Source: Bacilli bacterium (GTDB taxonomy: Bacteria > Bacillota_I > Bacilli_A > RF39 > UBA660). From it: DNA of 34,693 nucleotides. Under the pieces are notes generated by a model. It searched no databases and was not told the DNA's origin. It saw only the letters and a program-made list of their open reading frames with translations. The stretch is taken from contig SKGN01000068.1 of the NCBI GenBank assembly GCA_007117415.1, forward strand, positions 1 to 34,693, read 5' to 3'. Within the stretch, counting starts at the first letter, position 1. Every line of letters begins with the position of its first letter. The translations under genes were made by a program, and so were the position numbers. This document shows, one piece after another, positions 27,904 to 34,693 of this stretch.

Positions 27904-28797
27904 CTAATACCTTTTTCCATAGACCTTATCCATAAAATGTTTTTCAGCATTCTTTAAACTTATTCCTTTTATCCTTATTTTATTTATATCGGTCTCCTTA
28001 AATCCTTTTTTTTCTAATTCATATAAATACCGAACGCCTTGAGGCTTAAACCCCAATAATCCAGCACATATTGTATCTACACATATAGGATTATTACCAA
28101 CCACCACTAATCCGGTATGTTTAGCAATACCATTAGTTGGGCCTGTCGCGACCATTACGGGGTTTAAGCTGACGATAGATAAATCAATTTTTATTTTCTC
28201 AGCCATCGCTATTATAAATCCATGTAAATCATTGTGAATTCCCTTATCCTTTTTAGGAGCACCATGTTCTTCAGTAGAAGGAAATGATAACGCAATATTT
28301 TTTATAGCACTAGACATTGTTGCTTCTTCATGAATTTTTAACTGCGTAAATGAAATTACTTTAGTCATTTCATTATATAACTCATTAACCTTTATTTTTC
28401 TTGGTCGATAATGATTTAATTCTATTACCGTGTAAGGCCCTTGGTTAAAATCAATAAAAGAAACTTTTTCTTCGGCTAAAACTTTATCATACCCCACCGT
28501 TTTCATAACCTCTCTTGTATCTCCACCGCCAGAACCACTAGCAACTATTATTTTTTTTGGATTTTGCTCTTTAACCCATTTAATTATTGCCCTTAAGGTT
28601 TCATCACCTACAACCACACCATACCTAGGATCAGGTTTTTCCTTATTAACAAAATTAGGTACTATTACAACTACATCACCACTATTAATCAAATTAGAAG
28701 CTTTAATTAAATTAAGCCCCTTTAAAACAGCCTTAATCTCCTTTTTACTTAAACATCTCGTTATTGCCACATCATTATTACTAATCATCATTATCAT
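27904..28797 (-). CDS. DUF362 domain protein
   Basis: VVIVPNFV, QLKIHEEATMSSAIKN, GPTNG, NPICVDTICAGLLG. Confidence 0.85.
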   Translation of the reverse strand: MIMMISNNDVAITRCLSKKEIKAVLKGLNLIKASNLINSGDVVVIVPNFVNKEKPDPRYGVVVGDETLRAIIKWVKEQNPKKIIVASGSGGGDTREVMKTVGYDKVLAEEKVSFIDFNQGPYTVIELNHYRPRKIKVNELYNEMTKVISFTQLKIHEEATMSSAIKNIALSFPSTEEHGAPKKDKGIHNDLHGFIIAMAEKIKIDLSIVSLNPVMVATGPTNGIAKHTGLVVVGNNPICVDTICAGLLGFKPQGVRYLYELEKKGFKETDINKIRIKGISLKNAEKHFMDKVYGKRY

Positions 28798-28879
28798 CCT
28801 TTCATAATTATTATTAATAAATCTTTAGTATTTAAACAAAAAATATTACAGAATAATAACATTATAAAAAAAATGATAA

Positions 28880-29584
28880 TTATGCTTGATTATATAAAAC
28901 AATATTATCATCATATCTAATAAATTGATTATCCCTATAGCGTAACCTAGTATATAGTTCTCCCAACATATCCGAACTATAATAACCAATTATTCTTTGC
29001 AATGCCTGTAATTCATAATAGTTATTGTTTGCACTCATAATTGGAAACAATCTAATAAGAGGTGAAATTTCTCCTTTAACTATCTTTTTCAATTGCCCAT
29101 CATCATTATATAAATATTGTTTATATTCGCTACTCTTGTCTTCTAAACTTATTACATATTGCTTATCATTTATAATTCTAACCTTATAATTATCTTCGAA
29201 AATAATATTATAAGGTTTTAGCAAATTGAATTTTTCAAAATCAAATAATATATCTTTTTGATTATCAACAAAGGAATAAATATAATAATAACTTTTTAAA
29301 TCCGTGTTGCCAGAAAAAATTCCAATCATTATATCCGATACGCCATCATTATTAAAATCACCCAAAAAAATATTAGGATTATAACCGCTGTTATAGTTAG
29401 GTATTATTTCATAAACTTTATTATCTTTCCCATCTATAATAATTATTATAATGTCTTCGATTAAAAGAGTTTCAGGGATTGTTTTTTTTCCTAACAAATA
29501 TATGGTGTCCGCTATATTATCACCATTGACATCACCCTTTTTATATTCAATAACAAAATCATTTTGTTCTTCTTGTCTTTTCAT
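28880..29584 (-). CDS. VCBS/FG-GAP-repeat protein
   Basis: GDVNGDNIAD and GDFNNDGVSDI Ca-binding-type loops; ATG 29584 follows AAGGGAG (ORF track start 29653). Confidence 0.75.
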   Translation of the reverse strand: MKRQEEQNDFVIEYKKGDVNGDNIADTIYLLGKKTIPETLLIEDIIIIIIDGKDNKVYEIIPNYNSGYNPNIFLGDFNNDGVSDIMIGIFSGNTDLKSYYYIYSFVDNQKDILFDFEKFNLLKPYNIIFEDNYKVRIINDKQYVISLEDKSSEYKQYLYNDDGQLKKIVKGEISPLIRLFPIMSANNNYYELQALQRIIGYYSSDMLGELYTRLRYRDNQFIRYDDNIVLYNQA

Positions 29585-29798
29585 ATATAACTCCCTTCTG
29601 TTGAAATATATGAAATCTAACATTTTATTATTAAAAAAAGAAACAACGAGCAATTGTTTCTTTTTTCATTTTGGTTTAAGCCCCTCTAATTTGTTACTAT
29701 AAATTTAATAAGCATTACTATACATTGATAATTATTCAAGGGCTTATTCTTTTTATAAAAACATTAAAAACCTGCCCTTAAAAAAATTATTAATAGGT

Positions 29799-29915
29799 TT
29801 ACCAATAATATCTTCTACGCGGATAATAGCGCGGACCATATCGGCCATAACCATAAAACCAAGGCGCTATTGCGACACCCGTCACACCGCCTAATAAAAA
29901 CGGTCCTAAAAACAT
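29799..29915 (-). CDS. 38-aa Gly/Tyr/Arg/Pro-rich microprotein, spore-coat-like composition
   Basis: MFLGPFLLGGVTGVAIAPWFYGYGRYGPRYYPRRRYYW; SD AAGGGAG; GC-rich coding island in AT-rich DNA. Confidence 0.75.
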   Translation of the reverse strand: MFLGPFLLGGVTGVAIAPWFYGYGRYGPRYYPRRRYYW

Positions 29916-30026
29916 AACTCACTACTCCCTTCATAGTAATTTATGAATTACTACGAAGAGTGATTAATATCAATTAATTAATTTAGAAGAAATAATTCTT
30001 TAAATTGTCATTCTATTGTTTCCATA

Positions 30027-30058
30027 TAAAAACTTGGTATTTTTATACCAAGTTTTAT
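30027..30058 (-). terminator. Intrinsic terminator
   Basis: AAAACTTGGTAT-TTTT-ATACCAAGTTTT downstream of the 30092 stop. Confidence 0.75.
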
Positions 30059-30091
30059 GTTTTTTATATTTTTTTGTTTAATTCTTTACTA

Positions 30092-31516
30092 CTACTCTTC
30101 TACAACATTAACTGTTCTAGTTTTTGTAGCAGTGTTACCTGCAAAGTCTGAAACTGTAAACGTAACCGTATAAGTTCCTATGGTGTTAGTATCAACTTCA
30201 CTATCATCAATAATAATATTAGCGGTTACATCCCCATCAACATCATCCGTTGCTGTCGCTCCCGGATCTGTATATTCACTTCCTTGAGTAACAGTGTATG
30301 GATTATCTCCTAAAAGAGTAATTACGGGTTTAGTTATATCAATAGGTGGACCAGTATAATTAATATCATCTTCGGTAAATCTTTGTTTAGTAAACCCAAA
30401 ATTAACTGCTATTCTTTTACCAATTGAGGCAAAATCATAATTATCAATATCTTGCCCTTCAAGATAAACATATATTCTAACTTTAGTAATACTATTTGGC
30501 GCTAAATTCATAAAAGCCGGACGATCAATTCCTTCTAAAAATTTCTTAGTATCTGTAAAAGTTGGAAATGCCACTAATAATTCATCAAGTCGATCATAAC
30601 CATTATACTCGGCGCCATCATAAACATCAACGTGATCAGCCGAAGATATGGGTGCCGCTACAACATATGTAGGATATGACTCGCCATCTAAGATGATTCC
30701 GCAAGGTCCCGCATAAGATCCAGGGTCAGTAACATCTAAACCTGTTCTAGATAAGCAAGAAGCCTCATAATATCTAATAGCATTCTCATTATGTGCCATG
30801 TCATTTGGCTCCCATATTTGAGCAGCTCTACAAATACCAGTTACTACTCCCTCTGTTACACAAGTAATAGCTGTAATCACTGCTGGATCAGTAGTGTTCC
30901 CACTAACACGTCCAATTTGACCAAATGCTACTCTAACAGAATTTTCAATACCAGTATCAGCAACACCACCTTCAGCTACAACCACTTCTGAATCAGTCGT
31001 TAAATATATTGCTTCTTCATCCAACTCATTTAATTCTTGAATATATTGCGTTCCTGAAATGTTTTTAATAAACAAATCAAATGCTACATAACCATCTTGT
31101 TCCGCTTCACCAGGACTATAATTATCAATACGACTTGATAAAAGTCTATAACCTCCCGGGGTAGCTGTCAAACTGGTTTTACCAAACAAAATCATTCTTG
31201 ATACAGCCGGATCCATTTCGGCTATAGTTGAAATAGGAATCAAACCTTCTCCGCCCCAACTATTTGTATGACCTATATATGAAACTTCATCCACCGTTTC
31301 TTTAGAAATACTTACTTCTGTATCCCATTTTACTCCATCTAAAGATAACAGTAAACTTTCGGTTGAGGCAATCTCAATATCAAAACTAGATACATGAACT
31401 GTTTGCATACCAATAAACCATGCATACGTTGATATGGACAACACAACAGCACTAAACAGGGAAATAATAATAAGATTTTTAGCCTGCATCATCCTTTTTT
31501 TTGTTTTTTTCATCAT
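30092..31516 (-). CDS. Exported acidic protein with SipW-type signal and C-terminal Ig-like (DUF5011-type) domain
   Basis: STYA|WF signal; C-terminal DITKPVITLLGDNP...DPGATATDDVDGD...GTYTVTFTVSDFAGN...RTVNV. Confidence 0.8.
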   Translation of the reverse strand: MMKKTKKRMMQAKNLIIISLFSAVVLSISTYAWFIGMQTVHVSSFDIEIASTESLLLSLDGVKWDTEVSISKETVDEVSYIGHTNSWGGEGLIPISTIAEMDPAVSRMILFGKTSLTATPGGYRLLSSRIDNYSPGEAEQDGYVAFDLFIKNISGTQYIQELNELDEEAIYLTTDSEVVVAEGGVADTGIENSVRVAFGQIGRVSGNTTDPAVITAITCVTEGVVTGICRAAQIWEPNDMAHNENAIRYYEASCLSRTGLDVTDPGSYAGPCGIILDGESYPTYVVAAPISSADHVDVYDGAEYNGYDRLDELLVAFPTFTDTKKFLEGIDRPAFMNLAPNSITKVRIYVYLEGQDIDNYDFASIGKRIAVNFGFTKQRFTEDDINYTGPPIDITKPVITLLGDNPYTVTQGSEYTDPGATATDDVDGDVTANIIIDDSEVDTNTIGTYTVTFTVSDFAGNTATKTRTVNVVEE

Positions 31517-31586
31517 GAATATTAATCTCCTTCTAAACTAACTTAATATTTAAGCAAACGCTTATTAATATCCTACTATACATTAA

Positions 31587-31614
31587 ATTGTAACACGAAT
31601 CGACAATTTGTCAA
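31587..31614 (-). promoter_or_regulatory. sigmaA promoter with a Spo0A-box-like site in its spacer
   Basis: TTGACA-16 nt-TACAAT with TG extension; TGTCGAT (31605-31599) differs by one base from TGNCGAA. Confidence 0.5.
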
Positions 31615-31731
31615 TATAATTTATGCTATTTAGCGCTCTTTATAAATTAAAAGAGTAACTATGGAAGAGGTTATAATATTAGACTTGAAAAAAATTGATA
31701 AATCGTTTAAACTAAAAGAAAGGAGGTAAAT

Positions 31732-32175
31732 ATGGGAACAGAAGCAAAAAATTCAAAATCAAAATCAGGCATTAAACTAATCACATTTGCTCTAATCGGA
31801 TATATCTTTTGTTATTTTGGCTATTATCAATTTTTACTATTATTACTAGGGTATGTTGTTTTAGTAGAAAAAAATAATTGGCTAATATATCAATTAACAC
31901 AAGCCTTAATATTAAGATTAAGTTATGATGTTATTCGTAGTATTTGGAATTTTATTCATCAAAGTTTACACAAATTTTTTAATTATTTAGAAGTAAAATA
32001 CGAAACTATGAGTTCATTATCTTCATTTAATGATACCGTTATTGACCTTTTACTTTATGCTTTCCTTATCTTATTAATTATTGGCATTATAAGACTATTA
32101 ATAAGTAAAGAAGTTAAAATACCTTTTATTAGTAATTTAACTAAAAAAGCCGTAGAATTTGATCCGACGAAGTAG
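31732..32175 (+). CDS. Hypothetical membrane protein (DUF4870-like topology)
   Basis: SD AAGGAGG; 3-4 TM helices; C-terminal KIPFIS motif. Confidence 0.7.
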   Translation: MGTEAKNSKSKSGIKLITFALIGYIFCYFGYYQFLLLLLGYVVLVEKNNWLIYQLTQALILRLSYDVIRSIWNFIHQSLHKFFNYLEVKYETMSSLSSFNDTVIDLLLYAFLILLIIGIIRLLISKEVKIPFISNLTKKAVEFDPTK

Positions 32176-32183
32176 CAAATAAA

Positions 32184-32222
32184 ATAAAAAACCAATTTAT
32201 ACTATATAAATTGGTTTTTTAT
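32184..32222. terminator. Bidirectional terminator
   Basis: ATAAAAAACCAATTTATA-CTA-TATAAATTGGTTTTTTAT. Confidence 0.8.
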
Positions 32223-32337
32223 TGCTCGCATAACTTTTCAAACTCTTTCATTATTTATTTGAAATCTTTACTCATATCTAATCTGTTATATTTAAACTTT
32301 AGTATTTACTTACAATATTTAGTGTCCTTTATAAAAT

Positions 32338-32598
32338 CTAAATATTTTTTATAACATTCTCAATGTCATCACTATTAAACCCTATTATAGTAATGTTATT
32401 TTTTCTAATCACTTCTTCTAGTCTCTCTTTTATATTATTTTTAGTTCCTATCAAAGCCTCTTCTAATTTATTTATTCCATCCTCTGGATACATAAAAAAA
32501 TCACCATATATTTTAATCGCTTTAATTTCATCATTTATCGCTTCATAATCAATTCTTAAAAGTTTTCCGTTAGGGGCCTTATAATCAATACTTTTCAT
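32338..32598 (-). CDS. Lipoate-protein ligase accessory (C-terminal domain) subunit, LplB-like
   Basis: YKAPNGKLLRI, IKIYGDFFMYPE..I..LEEALIG; TAATG coupling to the upstream ligase. Confidence 0.85.
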   Translation of the reverse strand: MKSIDYKAPNGKLLRIDYEAINDEIKAIKIYGDFFMYPEDGINKLEEALIGTKNNIKERLEEVIRKNNITIIGFNSDDIENVIKNI

Positions 32599-33356
32599 TA
32601 TCTGCAACAACTCCACTCTTCAGTAGAATACTTTTCTTTATATAGTTTTTGCGCTAATTCTTCTTCCTCTTTAGTCAAATTATCATAAATAAATGTAACC
32701 TTAAACACTTCTTCTAATCCTTGTTTCAAAACGTCTTCTAGCTCTTTTATACTAACTTCTTTTTCTGATTCTTTATTAATACAAGTAACTCTTTCAGCGG
32801 CTATTTTAATTATTTTATCTTTTAACTTTTCATCGGGAACCTTTAAAACCGAAAACATTTTTTCAATATTAACATCTATTAATATTGTCCCGTGTTGCAA
32901 TACTATCCCATTTTTTCTTGTTTGAGCATTACCTGATATTTTTTTGCCGTTTACTATAATATCGTTTATAGGTTTAAATTCGCCATTTAAATTTAACTTA
33001 CCTAACCCTCTGATAATGCCCGAACATATTTTTTCATATGATTTGATAATATCACTAGGAACATCACTATCTGATAATATTATTGAATACGTAATCTCTT
33101 TATCATGCAATACCGCTCCACCACCCGTATATCTTCTTACCACATCATAACCATATTCTTTTAATTTTTGCTTATCTACCTCTTTTTCTAAACTTTGAAA
33201 GAAACCAATCGAAACAGCTGCTGGTTTCCAAGTATAAAAACGTAATGTATTAACAACTTTATTCATAGATCTAGTCATCATTATAGCTTCATCAATTGCC
33301 ATTTGCATAGCAGCACAATCTTCCCTAATTTTTAAAATACGCCATTTTTTAATCAT
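32598..33356 (-). CDS. lplA: Lipoate/octanoyl-protein ligase catalytic subunit (LplA-N/LipM-like)
   Basis: QMAIDEA, LRFYTW, RRYTGGGAVLHD, NDIIVNGKKISGNAQ, LQHGT. Confidence 0.88.
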   Translation of the reverse strand: MIKKWRILKIREDCAAMQMAIDEAIMMTRSMNKVVNTLRFYTWKPAAVSIGFFQSLEKEVDKQKLKEYGYDVVRRYTGGGAVLHDKEITYSIILSDSDVPSDIIKSYEKICSGIIRGLGKLNLNGEFKPINDIIVNGKKISGNAQTRKNGIVLQHGTILIDVNIEKMFSVLKVPDEKLKDKIIKIAAERVTCINKESEKEVSIKELEDVLKQGLEEVFKVTFIYDNLTKEEEELAQKLYKEKYSTEEWSCCR

Positions 33357-34167
33357 TTAAACACTCCTTTGCTCTATAAGAACTTCTAACATTAGAGCCA
33401 GATACCACCTTTTCAAACCCTATTTCAAGGGCTTTATCTTTTAATAATTTAAATTCATCTTTAGTGTAATGTTTCATAACCTTATGTTTTTTTATATTAG
33501 GCTGTAAATATTGACCAATTGTCAGTATATCTACACCACTCTTTTTCAAATCCTTAAATGTTAGTAAAATTTCTGCTATCGTCTCCCCTAATCCAACCAT
33601 TAACCCGGTTTTTATTTTTATCCCTTTTTCATAATTGGCAACCAAGTTCAATAACTCTAAGGATCTATTATAATCACCTTTAGGTCTTAATTTAGGGAAA
33701 AGGCTCTTAACCACCTCTATATTATGATTTAACACATCTGGTTTAGCATCTAATATTTTTAGTAACGCTTCTTTATTTCCATTCAAATCAGAAATTAATA
33801 CCTCAATTTTTATTTCAGGATACCTAGATTTAATTTGCGTAATTATTCCGGCAATATAAGATGCTCCACCATCTTCTAAGTCATCTCTTGTTACCTGGGT
33901 TAAAACAACATACTTTAACTTTAATTCTTCTATCGCTAACAAAATATAATTAATGTCATTATTATAATTATCGTTAGGTATTCCTTGCTTAACATTACAA
34001 TAATGACAATCTCTAGTACAAATATCACCTAACAGTAAAAATGTTACCGTTTTTTTAGCAAAACAATAATAGCGATTAGGGCAATTACCCTCTAAACATA
34101 TTGTTTTTAACCCTAATTCTTTAACTCTAGATAATATTTTCAAATAATCCAATCGATTAAATTCCAT
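33349..34167 (-). CDS. lipA: Lipoyl synthase (radical SAM)
   Basis: CLEGNCPNRYYC (CX4CX5C), CTRDCHYC, TRDDLEDGGA, NHNIE, GQYLQP, VRSSYRA. The start may be ATC at 34179. Confidence 0.95.
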   Translation of the reverse strand: MEFNRLDYLKILSRVKELGLKTICLEGNCPNRYYCFAKKTVTFLLLGDICTRDCHYCNVKQGIPNDNYNNDINYILLAIEELKLKYVVLTQVTRDDLEDGGASYIAGIITQIKSRYPEIKIEVLISDLNGNKEALLKILDAKPDVLNHNIEVVKSLFPKLRPKGDYNRSLELLNLVANYEKGIKIKTGLMVGLGETIAEILLTFKDLKKSGVDILTIGQYLQPNIKKHKVMKHYTKDEFKLLKDKALEIGFEKVVSGSNVRSSYRAKECLND

Positions 34168-34190
34168 TACTTTGGCGATAATTATCCCTC

Positions 34191-34693
34191 CTAGTTATTA
34201 CTAATTAAAATTTTTATTTTTTTATTAAGAATTGAGGCGGTTAATATTAAAGGATCAAATATAGGTGCTGAAGCAGGATTGTAACAAGTCTCTATATTAA
34301 CAAAATCAGCTATGCTCATTTTCTTTTGAATAGCTAAAGACATTAAATCTAATCGACCAACTACTTCCCTATGACCAATAATTTGACTCCCAATAATTTT
34401 TCCCCTATCATCACTTATAATTTTAATTGTTATTTTTTCTTCCTTACAATAATATTCAGCTCTAACTGTTACGGTATAACGAGCCGAAATAGTTTTTATA
34501 TTTAACTCCTTTGCTCTTTCTTCTATCAAACCCACTGTCCCAACATATACATTGTTTATTTTAGAAATAGTGTTGTTTAAAACGTTAGGGAATACCAACT
34601 TTTCTTGCAATATATTTTGAGCTATAACTTGAGCTTGTTTAACCGCTGTCGTCCCCAATTGACTTAATACTTTTTCATTTGTATTAAATTCAA
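34191..34693 (-). CDS. FAD-dependent pyridine nucleotide-disulfide oxidoreductase (CoA-disulfide reductase/NADH oxidase family), partial; 5' end outside the window
   Basis: LGTTAVKQA, GKIIGSQIIG, ETCYNPASAPIFDPL dimerisation domain; the frame is open to the window edge. Confidence 0.85.
   Translation of the reverse strand, partial: EFNTNEKVLSQLGTTAVKQAQVIAQNILQEKLVFPNVLNNTISKINNVYVGTVGLIEERAKELNIKTISARYTVTVRAEYYCKEEKITIKIISDDRGKIIGSQIIGHREVVGRLDLMSLAIQKKMSIADFVNIETCYNPASAPIFDPLILTASILNKKIKILISNN

Noticed and set aside
32219-32275. Minus-strand fragment MSKDFK*IMKEFEKLCEQ*
   Set aside because: Too short, interrupted by a stop and without an SD; it cannot be assigned.
1-34693. Mollicute-type genetic code 4, suggested by the low GC
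   Set aside because: TGA cleanly ends full-length genes (5298, 18983, 20056, 27246), including ATGA couplings, and long genes translate intact under code 11.
1-34693. CRISPR array, prophage or defence system
   Set aside because: I found no regularly spaced repeats and no cas, phage or defence motifs.

Overview
Very AT-rich chromosomal window from a walled, Gram-positive Bacillota-type bacterium using genetic code 11 (TGA acts as stop). It encodes peptidoglycan and LTA enzymes and several sporulation-type genes; an RF39-like or other uncultured Bacilli lineage is an inference. Recognisable content: three tRNAs (Gly-TCC, Gly-GCC, Cys-GCA), a HAD hydrolase, an M15B carboxypeptidase, tex, a YibE/F operon, a type IV pilin-like gene, mntABCD-mntR-ytaF, an RsgI-like protein, hsp20 with a CIRCE box, an FMN glutamate-synthase-family protein, a polysaccharide deacetylase, an LTA synthase-family protein, TspO, DUF362 and a lipA/lplA/lplB lipoate cluster. 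Main signals not in the ORF track: (1) a four-gene TasA/CalY-like fibre operon (two SipW-type substrates, a SipW fused to a multi-TM domain, a DUF5305-like protein) behind a sigmaG-like promoter, plus a third SipW-type substrate about 8 kb away; (2) two copies of an IS3-like left end, each exactly 8 nt after the CCA of a different tRNA-Gly; (3) several genes whose strong Shine-Dalgarno points at ATA/ATT/ATC rather than ATG; (4) unannotated microproteins (three YjcZ-like, one Tyr/Arg/Gly-rich) and an sspF-like pseudogene. Family assignments come from motif recognition, not database searches.
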